NCBI GenBank assembly: GCA_001804815.1
Contig: MHBI01000011.1
Location: 1,670-65,669, forward strand
Length of the DNA stretch: 64,000 nt
Direction of reading: 5' to 3'
Source: Lentisphaerae bacterium GWF2_50_93
GTDB lineage: Bacteria; Verrucomicrobiota; Lentisphaeria; Victivallales; GWF2-50-93
The translations under genes and the position numbers were made by a program. The notes beneath the pieces were generated by a model. It ran no database searches. It worked only from the letters and a program-made list of their open reading frames with translations, and was not told the origin of the DNA. Positions 28,682 to 38,060 of this stretch are shown here, piece by piece. The stretch's first letter is position 1. Every line of letters starts with the position of its first letter.

Positions 28682-30183
28682 CAGGAGGCGTCCTCCCTAT
28701 GGTGAAGACTGGTCACGGGACGCGAGATGCTTCCAATGAATAGGAAGGCACAAATGAACGTTGCAGCCACAATGGCTACACAGGTATATTTGAAGAAGTC
28801 AATCCCGATTCCTCGCCAGGCAACAAAAGCAGTCACTGATGCCACCATAGCCGATATGAACAGCAACTTGAACCTTGAGCGTTCTCCGGCTATGACGGCC
28901 GCCACAGCCAGAAAGACCATTGGTGAAAGCATCTTGCCGATTGATTCAGGCATCCTAGCCGGCAATGCCGCGACAAAGAACTCAAACAGGACTATAAGCG
29001 CATAGATGTAGACGTATGGATTCTGTCGCTGGATGCAGGGCCACAGCATGATACCACCAAAGAGAATCCCGTATATGAACGGGAAGCAAAGAATCGCACC
29101 AATACCTCCCCACGAATAGAACTCCGCTGCATTGGGAAAGGAATACATCCCCCTTCCCGCCATGCCGCCTGCAAAGTAGAGGTCACGCATTTCAGAAATA
29201 AGTGACTGAGCATTCGTCGTTATGCCGGGAAGCATGTTGTTGAAGGATACCACGCAGTTTCCTAAGCCTGCATATGGAACCTCATTTGGGAAAAGGTTTA
29301 TTATCCATGCCGTCTGGTGTACTCGCATTTCGCGCATGGTCAGCGAAGAAGTGAACTTTTCAACTAGTTCCGTGAATTCAAGTTGGTTGTAGCGCAGCGC
29401 AGTTATCAGGAACAGAGGAACAATGACGAATAGGGCCCAGCGTATTCTCAGCCTGAATCCCTTGTTCTCACGGGTGAACAGAAGTAGCAGGAATATGAAT
29501 TCACAAGTGAACATGAGCAGGTTGAACCTTCCTCCATAGAGGATAAGGACACCGGCGAAGAGCAGGTATAGGATGACGCACAACCGCTTCCTGTCGGTTT
29601 CAAACGCCAATATGAAAAGCGCGTACTGGGGCAGTGGAACGAAATAGAACGCCAGATAGCAGAAAAATGGATTGGCCATGATTGCATTACTTGTTGCCAT
29701 CGCCCTGGTTGAGGCGATTTCAAAAAAACTGACCTCCTGGAGCAGAATCTTTATTATTACGAGATTGCATGCCATACCTATGATGAAAAGGAGGATTCCG
29801 GCTTGAACACGATGCTTGCCGAATTCGAATAGCCCTACGGATGCGACCTGAGACTCGGGTCTGGGACGGTAAAGGATGAGATATGCAATTCCAAGGCCGA
29901 TGAACAAGCCAACATATGTCAGAAGCGTCAACAACCATCCTGAGGACAGATCCGCCTCTGAGGCGTTCAGCCATGGCTTGCCGTTAATTGAGGATAGATC
30001 GGACACCTGTGAAAAACTCAGTGGCGTAACAGCAAGATCATAAACGGCGAAAAGTGCTGTAAAGCATAAGGCCAATGTGATAAATAGTAGTTCCGAGCGC
30101 TTTGACCTAAAGCGCCAGAGCGTGACAAGCAAAACTCCTCCAAGAACAAGAGTGACAATGAAAACTGGAATACTGTATAACAT
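28681..30183 (-). CDS. wzy: Putative oligosaccharide repeat-unit polymerase (Wzy-like), polytopic membrane protein
   Basis: 500 aa with at least 10 hydrophobic segments and no soluble-domain motifs. It sits among GTs and next to wzx in a Wzx/Wzy locus. The call rests on context only. Confidence 0.5.
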   Translation of the reverse strand: MLYSIPVFIVTLVLGGVLLVTLWRFRSKRSELLFITLALCFTALFAVYDLAVTPLSFSQVSDLSSINGKPWLNASEADLSSGWLLTLLTYVGLFIGLGIAYLILYRPRPESQVASVGLFEFGKHRVQAGILLFIIGMACNLVIIKILLQEVSFFEIASTRAMATSNAIMANPFFCYLAFYFVPLPQYALFILAFETDRKRLCVILYLLFAGVLILYGGRFNLLMFTCEFIFLLLLFTRENKGFRLRIRWALFVIVPLFLITALRYNQLEFTELVEKFTSSLTMREMRVHQTAWIINLFPNEVPYAGLGNCVVSFNNMLPGITTNAQSLISEMRDLYFAGGMAGRGMYSFPNAAEFYSWGGIGAILCFPFIYGILFGGIMLWPCIQRQNPYVYIYALIVLFEFFVAALPARMPESIGKMLSPMVFLAVAAVIAGERSRFKLLFISAMVASVTAFVAWRGIGIDFFKYTCVAIVAATFICAFLFIGSISRPVTSLHHREDAS

Positions 30184-31377
30184 TTAGACGTGTCCTGTCG
30201 TTTTGTCTAAAGGCCATGGATTTTCGATTTCTTTGAGCCATCTGAGTCTCTGACGATAGAATTCCCGCAATTCATTGAATCCCTTGTCAAGATCAAATTC
30301 ATTCCTGATCTTGTCTTTGGCGGCAATGCTCATACACTTTAGCATATTCTTGTCGGTCAGCAACTTCTCAATGGCGTTCGCGAACGCTTCAGCGCTCATG
30401 TCGACAATAAACCCGTCAACTCCGTCATCAATGATCTTCTCAGCCCCTTCAGCATGGGCGACTATCGGGACCAGTCCCTGTTCCATTGCCTCCAGCAATG
30501 TGTAATTTAAAAAGAGTAAAGTGGTCGGCAATGTGAAGATCGCATAGGTCTCCAGTAATTCGCCGGGATTATCAACCCAGCCCATCAGATGGATGTTAGT
30601 CAAACCGGCAGCATTGACTTTTGCCTCGCAGACTTGCATTGTCAACTTTCCCTCGGAGTCCAGTGGCTCGTATTGGTTCCGCGCCCCGGCGATAGTGAAT
30701 TTGACATTAGGGAATCGCGTTGCTAGGAGCATAGCCGCTTCAAATACGATGTCCGGACGTCGGAAATTCCTCCAGGAGTTGAGGAACAGCACGCCACTGT
30801 CCTCTGTTGTTTTCTTCGTGGTAACAGGGACGCGATTGTAGAAGAAAATGCGTTTTTGTTTTGTGATGTGCAACTGATCCAGTTGCGTCGGCATGTGAAG
30901 TTGCTTATATACGACGACGTTGGCCATCATTAGCCCAACCCATACGGCAAAATTTGCTACTGGCCCGCGCTTATCCAGGTAATACAGCTCTCCGCCCCGA
31001 CATACAGCCACGAACTGTGTCCTTGTAAGCAGCAGTGTTAGGTAATATCCGAAATAGACAAAGAATGACTGGGCCCCGTAAAGATACATCTCCACATGCC
31101 TGGGACGGTATTGCCTTAGTAGTTTCCAGAATAACGCAATGTCGGCGAGTTTGCTGCCTTCCGGGACTTCGTGCCATTCGATGCCATATTTGGAGGCAAA
31201 TCTTTCTGAACTTTTGTTGGCATTTCGAGAGTAAACTATCATCGAACATCCAAGCTTTGTTCCCAGTAGCTGATAATGCCTGCCAATCTTGTCGAGAGTT
31301 TGTTCTAGCCCGCATACAAGAATGTATTTTTCTCTTTTGCCATTAAATATGGAATTTTGTGAAGGGATATTTTTCAT
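30184..31377 (-). CDS. Glycosyltransferase family 1/4 (GT-B)
   Basis: LLEAMEQGLVPIVAHAEGAEKIIDDGVDGFIV. It abuts the Wzy-like gene with no gap. Confidence 0.7.
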   Translation of the reverse strand: MKNIPSQNSIFNGKREKYILVCGLEQTLDKIGRHYQLLGTKLGCSMIVYSRNANKSSERFASKYGIEWHEVPEGSKLADIALFWKLLRQYRPRHVEMYLYGAQSFFVYFGYYLTLLLTRTQFVAVCRGGELYYLDKRGPVANFAVWVGLMMANVVVYKQLHMPTQLDQLHITKQKRIFFYNRVPVTTKKTTEDSGVLFLNSWRNFRRPDIVFEAAMLLATRFPNVKFTIAGARNQYEPLDSEGKLTMQVCEAKVNAAGLTNIHLMGWVDNPGELLETYAIFTLPTTLLFLNYTLLEAMEQGLVPIVAHAEGAEKIIDDGVDGFIVDMSAEAFANAIEKLLTDKNMLKCMSIAAKDKIRNEFDLDKGFNELREFYRQRLRWLKEIENPWPLDKTTGHV

Positions 31378-31423
31378 TTCTTGTCATTCTCCATGTATGA
31401 GATTGCCACGTAATAAGTATGGA

Positions 31424-32173
31424 TTAAATACCCTGTATTTTTGAGAAACGCATGCAATAAAAGGTTGTTACGAGGGGATTAAATAGCCGGGTGCTGACGA
31501 TGGGTGTGAAGTGCCGCAATGTATATGGCACATATGGACGCAATTCGTCTAGTTTGAAGCCCGCCGCCTCCATAAGCCTGATCCAGCCCTCTGGCTCCTG
31601 TTTTTCATTGTATTTCACTTGCGTCCTGAAGCGTGGGAATGCCTCTCCCAGATAACGTTTAAAGCAATGCCTATAGGTGTCCCTGACTAGGACAATTCCA
31701 TCAGGAGCCAATAGTTCGTCCCAATGTTTCAGGCTTTTCGCCATACATTTCACATCATCATCTCTTATCTGCCGGAAATCCTGGGAGCAATCGAAAAAAT
31801 GATGAAGAGCCTGCGAAGCAATGATAATATCGATAGAACCTTTCTTTAACGGTATGTCAAATGCGTCAGCCTGCATTACTTCTACGCATTTGTTGCCTGT
31901 TTTCTTGATGTTTTCGAGAAAACGGGACTGATTTTCCGGAACCCCTCCATCGCAACCGTAATTGTCCACGCCTATGATGCGCTTGGGATGCCAGTAACAA
32001 CCTAAAAACAATGTCTCGGAGCCCCAGCTGCATCCAACGTCCACGACCGTTTTTCCACGGATTATTTTACCGAAGTAGCTGTTGTAGTGTATCACTCGTT
32101 CCAGTGGTTTTTTCAGCCAGAAATAATCGGATTTTGTCTTGTCGGGAGGTGGAGGTAGCGTATTTTTTATCAT
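31424..32173 (-). CDS. Class I SAM-dependent methyltransferase
   Basis: VVDVGCSWGSETLFLG (motif I), IDIIIASQALHHF and DGIVLVRD. Confidence 0.7.
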   Translation of the reverse strand: MIKNTLPPPPDKTKSDYFWLKKPLERVIHYNSYFGKIIRGKTVVDVGCSWGSETLFLGCYWHPKRIIGVDNYGCDGGVPENQSRFLENIKKTGNKCVEVMQADAFDIPLKKGSIDIIIASQALHHFFDCSQDFRQIRDDDVKCMAKSLKHWDELLAPDGIVLVRDTYRHCFKRYLGEAFPRFRTQVKYNEKQEPEGWIRLMEAAGFKLDELRPYVPYTLRHFTPIVSTRLFNPLVTTFYCMRFSKIQGI

Positions 32174-32283
32174 TGTAAAACTTCTCTAATATGATTTTTT
32201 ATTAATGCTAATTGGGCGAATCACATAATAGATTCTTTATAGTAGCGACATCCTTGAAAATTATAATTCTATTGCTGAAACCT

Positions 32284-33843
32284 TCAGTGTCCTAGGGCTT
32301 TTACCTTCCAACTGTACAAGCTGATCAGACACGGTTTAAGGCTCCGCGTTAGGGTATTGGTGTCGGCCAACTTTTCCAGCGATACCAGATCGGGGGCATT
32401 GTACGGATGGAAAAAAAATAGCATAACTACATAGCAAACCCCAAATGCCGCAGAAATTCCGATCAGAGAGTAGATGTTTTCAATCTGTGCGGCTGGGACG
32501 TAAAACAGGCAGAACAGGATGATGAAGCTCAACAATAAGTTCCGGTACTCACCAAAACGGTATACAATTGGAGCTTTCCGTCTTACTAGTAGAAACATTA
32601 TTGTATTTTTTAACAAATCGCCGATGGCAGTGACTAGCACTACTCCCAGTATTCCATAATATTTCATGGCAAGTATGCCTCCAACTATGCTGAACACCAC
32701 TACTATCTTGCTGTACAAGGCATATTCCATCTTTTCAATAAGCAGCATTGTAAGTCCGACTGGATAGAATATGGCGATGATTATATTGCTGAACATGATG
32801 ACGCACGTTATGATATAAGCATCAATATATTTAGGATCGAAAATTATATTTATCACCGGTTTGCCGAAAAGCCATATGTACAGCACAGGGAGGCAATAAA
32901 CCGCAAGCATGAACTTGACAATGAAATTGTAAACCTGAATAAAATCATCCTTTTTGTGAACTTGTGTAAATTTCTGGAAGAAAACTGGGCGCAGGACAGA
33001 GAGAAAGTCTTTCATCGGCAAGGCCTGTTGGGTCATATTGAATATTCTGAATGCAAAAGAATAGAGGCCGGTGAAGTAGGCGTTCGACATGGCCGAGATA
33101 ATATAATAGTCTGACATTTTACCGACGACTCCAGCCCCAATCTCGTTGGCGCTTGAAAATAACCCTAGCCGGACAGTTCGCCGCCACTGAAAATTAATAT
33201 TTTCTTCGCCGTCAAACTTGTCGATGACCTTCGCCTTGTACCATAGATATACAATGATTCCTGCGGTAAGTGTAATAATGACGCTGCCGATTTCAATGAA
33301 TAACATAGTCTCCAGTGAAAGCCAAGGGATGGAAATCAAATATGCCAGAGTCCTCAGCAGCGACTTGGTTATGTTAACATGGGCAAGTATTTTATGGAGC
33401 AAGAGCGAAGCCAGAACTGAATTCATCAGAGAGTTAAGAAGGCTGAACATCAGGTATACGACAAACATCATGGCATATGTCTCCATCGCCTTCATGTGAA
33501 GAAAGTCACTCAGAGGAGACTTGAAAATGTAGAAGAGAACGCAGATCGTTCCAACTACACCCACGCTGACCAAGGCGCCGTAATTGATGAGCGCGATGAG
33601 TTCTCGCTTTGCCTTCTTTTCGAATAACTCAGGGATATAACGGTTGAAAACTGTGCAGACGGCCGATGTGCCGCAGAGGCTGAAGATCATTACATTGGCG
33701 ACAAGGAAATTGAAAGAACCGAAATCATCCACAGAAAGCTTACGGATGATGAGGATAGTTACAACGACCTGAAGCAACTCGGTGACGAGTTTATTCAGGT
33801 AAATCCAGAAGGTGTTTTTTACTAGTATTTTAGCTTTAGACAT
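32284..33843 (-). CDS. wzx: Oligosaccharide flippase (Wzx, polysaccharide biosynthesis protein family)
   Basis: 519 aa with ~14 TM segments. The N-terminus KNTFWIYLNKLVTELLQVVVTILIIRKLS is typical of Wzx/MOP flippases. Confidence 0.75.
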   Translation of the reverse strand: MSKAKILVKNTFWIYLNKLVTELLQVVVTILIIRKLSVDDFGSFNFLVANVMIFSLCGTSAVCTVFNRYIPELFEKKAKRELIALINYGALVSVGVVGTICVLFYIFKSPLSDFLHMKAMETYAMMFVVYLMFSLLNSLMNSVLASLLLHKILAHVNITKSLLRTLAYLISIPWLSLETMLFIEIGSVIITLTAGIIVYLWYKAKVIDKFDGEENINFQWRRTVRLGLFSSANEIGAGVVGKMSDYYIISAMSNAYFTGLYSFAFRIFNMTQQALPMKDFLSVLRPVFFQKFTQVHKKDDFIQVYNFIVKFMLAVYCLPVLYIWLFGKPVINIIFDPKYIDAYIITCVIMFSNIIIAIFYPVGLTMLLIEKMEYALYSKIVVVFSIVGGILAMKYYGILGVVLVTAIGDLLKNTIMFLLVRRKAPIVYRFGEYRNLLLSFIILFCLFYVPAAQIENIYSLIGISAAFGVCYVVMLFFFHPYNAPDLVSLEKLADTNTLTRSLKPCLISLYSWKVKALGH

Positions 33844-33970
33844 AAAATAAAATGGAAATGGATGGGGGAGGTGTTAATAAGGGCTCAGCAAAACGGACAG
33901 TCGGACGGTTGGATTACGGTATGACACTCTCACCGTTAACTATCATTAAAATGATTATCTCGCGCAGCGG

Positions 33971-34232
33971 GGCCGGGATATAACCACGAAATACACGAAT
34001 CACACGAAAATAAGATTTTTATAACCACTAACATACACTAACAATATATTTGCGTTGAATGCTATTTTTTGAAACAAGAAAACATCATTCGACGCATGGT
34101 CTGTTTATTAATCCTGAGTCCCGAAAACTCTCGCACTTTAGAACTCCAGAACTTTCGAACTTCCGTTCGGTGTTTCTGTTAGTGCCGATCCTCCGTCGCC
34201 AAGGCTATGGGGGACGCGTTAGTGGTGAAATC
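33971..34232. repeat. CACGAA-word block + palindromic element (variant B apex) with internal GAACTTTCGAAC words
   Basis: GGCCGGGATATAACCACGAAATACACGAATCACACGAAAATAAGATTTTT is followed by ATAACCACTAACATACACTAAC...TGCGTTGAATG...CATTCGACGCA...GTTAGTG...GTTAGTGGTGAAATC. Confidence 0.8.
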
Positions 34233-34361
34233 TCTTCTTTATTCTGCGGTTGGGAAAAAATACGCACGCTGTGAACTCCAACGTAATTCGCTGATCAAAA
34301 ACTACCGACCTCTGATTACCGTCCCACCGTCCCACCGTCCCACCGGCTTCTTCTCCATGAC

Positions 34362-34625
34362 TCACTTGATTCGCCAGAATCCAGTTTTATGGCCGCCAAT
34401 TCATTCAAGGATTCCATCTTTCTTCAGTTTCAGAATATGCTGCTTCACTCCATTAATGCCGATACCAAGCTGCTGCGCTAGTTCTTTTCGCGTAACGCGA
34501 CTGTTCAGCCCGATTATTTCCAATAGACGTTCACGAGTCTTAGGGGTAGTCTTAGGGGTAGTCTTAGTCTTCTGTTCTTGATAATTCAAGCTGGCGAGAT
34601 ACCCATCGCCACTCTCCTCATTCAA
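34362..34625 (-). pseudogene. Remnant of the C-terminal wHTH part of an AlbA_2/ATPase-type regulator, with premature TGA
   Basis: KTTPKTTPKTRERLLEIIGLNSRVTRKELAQQLGIGINGVKQHILKLKKDGILE is followed by TGA (34401-34403). The frame then continues as IGGHKTGFWRIK-stop, the usual family ending (..RIGG.K.G.W.I). The N-terminal domains are absent. Confidence 0.55.
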
Positions 34626-34642
34626 ACGAAAAAATAAGATCT

Positions 34643-34770
34643 TTTAACCACTAATATTCACTAACAAAGAGACACTAACAAGACTAGGGACACTGACCAA
34701 TATTTGCTGCGAGTTTGTTTTGAAGCAAAATCAAAATCACAGTAAGGTGTTCATGTTAATTCTGAATCAT
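34643..34770. repeat. Palindromic element, copy lacking the right arm
   Basis: TTTAACCACTAATATTCACTAACAAAGAGACACTAACA...ATATTTGCTGCGAG...TCACAGTAAGGTGTTCATGTTAATTC. It ends where the PIN gene 3' end begins. Confidence 0.7.
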
Positions 34771-34786
34771 TGCTTTTGGCTGAGGT

Positions 34787-35269
34787 TTAGGCTGCCAATT
34801 CAGTTTGACGGCTAATCCAGACTCCATTCCTCCGCATGTGTTCGATCGAGGTTGCCATGTCAATTTCTGTGCAAAACCCTAGAGATTTCGCTTTCAGGAT
34901 AATTCCGATGGAACCTGTAACATTGAGTCCGTGTAACCGTGCAATGCGACGTCCAGCAGACTCGTCAATGCAGACTGTTGCTATCTTTTCATTCAAAGCC
35001 GTTTGAATCACAGCAGCTTCGCCAAGATCAAGAATATTAGACAAGTAGGAATTGATATGAATTCCGCGATTCTTCTTGGAAAGGAAAGATGCTCCATGAT
35101 ACTCAAGAACTCCCAATGCATCTGGCCCTCAAGCCAAAACTTCATTAGCAACTTCCTCTGGTACAATGACATGCCTGTAAAGATTGGTAAGTATGTCAAG
35201 ACTTCCAAGGGCAGCCGCCAAAGCTAAGATTGGGCCAGTGTTGATTACAATATCTGTGTTTTTACGCAT
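34787..35269 (-). pseudogene. DUF3368 (PIN-like) toxin gene interrupted by one in-frame TGA
   Basis: ATG at 35269 gives MRKNTDIVINTGPILALAAALGSLDILTNLYRHVIVPEEVANEVLA. TGA at 35129-35131 follows, and the same frame continues GPDALGVLEYHGASFLS...LGEAAVIQTALNE...CIDESAGRRIARLHGLNVTGSIGIILKAK. The start overlaps the UPF0175 stop (ATGCGTAA). Confidence 0.7.
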
Positions 35270-35516
35270 GAGTCAAGTCAGATTTCAGTTCCGATTCAGT
35301 AATGTCTATTATGGAAACATTATAATTTTTTAGCATCATTAAAAAATTGACCCGCTCGATGCCGAGCAGTGAGGCAGCTTGTCCGGACGACAGGCGCTTC
35401 AATTCGAAAAGTTTCACTGCCATCGCCACCTTTGCTTCATGCTCGAACTGTTCCCGAGTTTCATGTAGAGCGTCAGGCAGTGTATCCGGAAACTCCAGTG
35501 TTATTGTGCATGGCAT
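35262..35516 (-). CDS. UPF0175 family antitoxin-like protein
   Basis: 84 aa. AMAVKLFELKRLSSGQAASLLGIERVNFLMMLKNYNVSIID matches the family pattern. It is translationally coupled to the DUF3368 gene. Confidence 0.75.
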   Translation of the reverse strand: MPCTITLEFPDTLPDALHETREQFEHEAKVAMAVKLFELKRLSSGQAASLLGIERVNFLMMLKNYNVSIIDITESELKSDLTHA

Positions 35517-35678
35517 TTTATATTCCTCCAGTTAACATGTTTTCTAATTTGTTGAATTTTCCGTTTTCTCGCAGTCTATCGTAGAAAGTTACGATGCTCA
35601 TCTTTTGTATATTTTAACATTAGCGTATGCTAACGCTAAAACAACAGTATGTCAAGATGCGTATGATGGGAAATCCGG

Positions 35679-35852
35679 GGCCGGGATATAAACACGAAAT
35701 ACACGAAAATAAGATTTTTATAACCACTAACAAGAGCACTGACGAATATTTGCTGCGAGTTTTATTCTCAGATGAGAATAAAATTCACAGCAAGGTGTTC
35801 ATGTTAATTCCTGTTAGTGTTTCCGTTAGTGTCCATTAGTGGTGAAGTCTTC
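35679..35852. repeat. CACGAA-word block + palindromic element (variant A)
   Basis: GGCCGGGATATAAACACGAAATACACGAAAATAAGATTTTTA is followed by TAACCACTAAC...ATATTTGCTGCGAG..ATTCTC-AGAT-GAGAAT..CACAGCAAGG...GTTAGTGTTTCCGTTAGTGTCCATTAGTGGTGAAGTC. The right arm encodes the last 9 codons of wzz. Confidence 0.85.
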
Positions 35853-36824
35853 GGTTTTCCGGAACTTTTCCTTATACATCTTTAGAAACTGCATCAGAAA
35901 AATATATCCGCCGGCAATTAGGAGCCCGATAAGTCCACCCATTACGGATTTTTTAGCTCCACCACGCGGCAAAGGACGGTCCGCTGGCTGGGGCTTTTCA
36001 AGGACGGTCAACAATGTCAAATCGTATTCCCCTTTGAGCTTTAAGGAGTTATATCTTTCAAAAAGCCCTTTGTAGAGCTGTTCCTTCTCGTTGACCTGCA
36101 TCAGTAATTTATCTTCCAGGTATTTCAGGTTTGGAGGTGGACTGGATTCCGCAATCAGTTTATTGGTCTGTCTGAATTTTAGCAGAGCCTGTTTCGCATC
36201 GTCAAGCTGAATCTTAGCTTTTTCCATGTCAATGTTTATTTTATTGATATCTGTCTGGGAATTCGAGCTTAGCTGGGAAGTATAAAATGCGTTTAGCTTA
36301 GTTATTAATTCATTTACAATCAACGGCGAGATTTTTGGTTCTGAGGTCGTAGCTGAAATTTTGAGCACAAAGGTATTCTTATTGAAATTCAGCTTAAGGG
36401 ATTTTTTCAATTTGCGTATTCCATCAGGCATGTCTTTGCAGCCAAAATATTCCATCAGCGAACTCTTCTTCTCCACCCCGTCCTTCTGATAGGCTACTTC
36501 CATCATCAGTATGCTTTTCAGAGTGTCGTTGGAGAATATCACGGCCTCATAGGTGCTTGCTATGACATTGCCGGATTTGCCAGTGCCGGATAAATCAAAA
36601 TCAGCTTTCGCAGAGTAAGACATGGGGTTGCCCAGCAGTATCACGCCTGTTGACTCATAATTTTTGGTATAGAACGCTACTGCGTAACCTGCACCAAGGA
36701 CAAATCCAATTATAAAGAGGCTTACTATAAGCATCTTATAGCGGAGGATTATTGACAGGATATCGAAAATACTTATTTCGTTTTCCTGCATATTGTCAGG
36801 ATATTGTGGAAGAGGATTATTCAT
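35826..36824 (-). CDS. wzz: Polysaccharide chain-length determinant (Wzz-type PCP, no kinase domain)
   Basis: N-terminal EISIFDILSIILRYKMLIVSLFIIGFVLGAGYAV (Wzz motif + TM1), a coiled-coil periplasmic region and a C-terminal TM (GGLIGLLIAGGYIFL). Confidence 0.75.
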   Translation of the reverse strand: MNNPLPQYPDNMQENEISIFDILSIILRYKMLIVSLFIIGFVLGAGYAVAFYTKNYESTGVILLGNPMSYSAKADFDLSGTGKSGNVIASTYEAVIFSNDTLKSILMMEVAYQKDGVEKKSSLMEYFGCKDMPDGIRKLKKSLKLNFNKNTFVLKISATTSEPKISPLIVNELITKLNAFYTSQLSSNSQTDINKINIDMEKAKIQLDDAKQALLKFRQTNKLIAESSPPPNLKYLEDKLLMQVNEKEQLYKGLFERYNSLKLKGEYDLTLLTVLEKPQPADRPLPRGGAKKSVMGGLIGLLIAGGYIFLMQFLKMYKEKFRKTEDFTTNGH

Positions 36825-36955
36825 TTTGTTTTCCCATTACTATTACAGGTTCCTATAGCAGTTCACGCGACAACCAGAACATGTGCCCACAGATAACACA
36901 GATAAAAACATTTTTAACCACCAGTCTTCGCCAAAGCGCTAAGCCTTAACAAGCT

Positions 36956-37116
36956 AATCCATTACACGCAAATGCTTCTTTACCACTAATCTACACTAAA
37001 AAGAGACACTAACGAATATTTGCTGCGAGTTTGATTCTCCGAGGAGAATAAAAATCACAGCAAGGTGTTCCTGTTAATTCTTGTTAGTGTTCCCGTTAGT
37101 GTCGATTAGTGGTGAA
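36956..37116. repeat. AATCCATTACAYGCAAAYGCTT module + palindromic element (variant A, most complete copy)
   Basis: TACCACTAATCTACACTAAAAAGAGACACTAACGAATATTTGCTGCGAGTTTGATTCTC-CGAG-GAGAATAAAAATCACAGCAAGGTGTTCCTGTTAATTCTTGTTAGTGTTCCCGTTAGTGTCGATTAGTGGTGAA. Confidence 0.9.
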
Positions 37117-37278
37117 AGCTCTTCTTTATTCTGCGGTCGTCTGCCGTCTGCTTACTGGCAACTGGTGGTCACCAACCTCTGTTACCGCCCTTCTAATTAC
37201 TAATCTCGGATTACAATTTTCCCTCGTGCAGCGGCGCAAGAACACAGAGATTATACTCACCACGATGAAACGAAGGGA

Positions 37279-37614
37279 TTATAATTTCAGGCTTTCAAGC
37301 CATTCCGTAAGTAGGGGGATATGGTTTTGCACAGCATCCCACACAATATTATCATCAACGCTATCATATCCATGTATGATTCGGTTGCGCATGCCGATGA
37401 TGCTTCCAATTGAGGGGATTTGACTTCGGAACGATGTGTCTATGCGATCTATCCGACTAAACGCTTCGCCAAGAATTTCAAATTGTCGTTCTACAGCTGA
37501 GCGCAAAAGCAAGCTGGCAGAGTATTCACTCAACGACTTCTCAGCAGTGAACAATGTGATTGCCTTGCATGCCGTCAGGGCATCAAGCAGATACTTTGCC
37601 AGTTCGATCTTCAT
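37279..37614 (-). CDS. hepT: HepT-like (DUF86) RNase toxin
   Basis: 111 aa with the R-x4-H-x-Y motif in GMRNRIIHGYDSVD. It is paired with an upstream nucleotidyltransferase. Confidence 0.8.
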   Translation of the reverse strand: MKIELAKYLLDALTACKAITLFTAEKSLSEYSASLLLRSAVERQFEILGEAFSRIDRIDTSFRSQIPSIGSIIGMRNRIIHGYDSVDDNIVWDAVQNHIPLLTEWLESLKL

Positions 37615-37924
37615 AAATTAAAGCTCTAGACTCATCTACTTTCTTTTGAAAATAAGAATTGCGGATTGATTTTGGGGTTAGCAGATCCACTTCTCTTCCC
37701 AGCAGTCTTTCAAGCTGTGTGGCTAGAGCAAGATAACGATCCAAAAGGCCCAAGCTTGAAGCCGAATTGTCAAATTCGACTATAAAATCTATGTCGCTAT
37801 GAGAGGAGTCAAATCTGCCATCGGAGGCAGAGCCAAAAACCTCCAAACGGTGAATTTGAAGATTTTTACAGATGGTCGCAATTTTAGGTTTGTTGGCAAC
37901 AAGCAAATCTATCATATACAACAT
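37583..37924 (-). CDS. mntA: MntA-like nucleotidyltransferase antitoxin
   Basis: LEVFGSASDGRFDSSHSDIDFIVEF (G-S-x10-D-x-D minimal NTase motif). The start is uncertain (37924, 37915 or 37966). It overlaps hepT by 32 nt. Confidence 0.75.
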   Translation of the reverse strand: MLYMIDLLVANKPKIATICKNLQIHRLEVFGSASDGRFDSSHSDIDFIVEFDNSASSLGLLDRYLALATQLERLLGREVDLLTPKSIRNSYFQKKVDESRALIYEDRTGKVSA

Positions 37925-38060
37925 ACCCGAATTTGTTGAATCATACACATTGGGATACTCTATCATGTATCAACCGTTTCTGCAAGAGGTGCCTGCTAGT
38001 GGCGAAGTATTTTTTCCTTTCTTCGGATTACGGCTTGCCAAACCACTGTCCATCCGATAC

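Noticed and set aside
34401-35131. Genome-wide reassignment of TGA (code 4/25) as explanation for the two in-frame TGAs
   Set aside because: Several well-supported genes end at TGA (the oxidoreductase at 11353, mntA at 37583, the ATPase at 40997). All long conserved ORFs are uninterrupted under the standard code.
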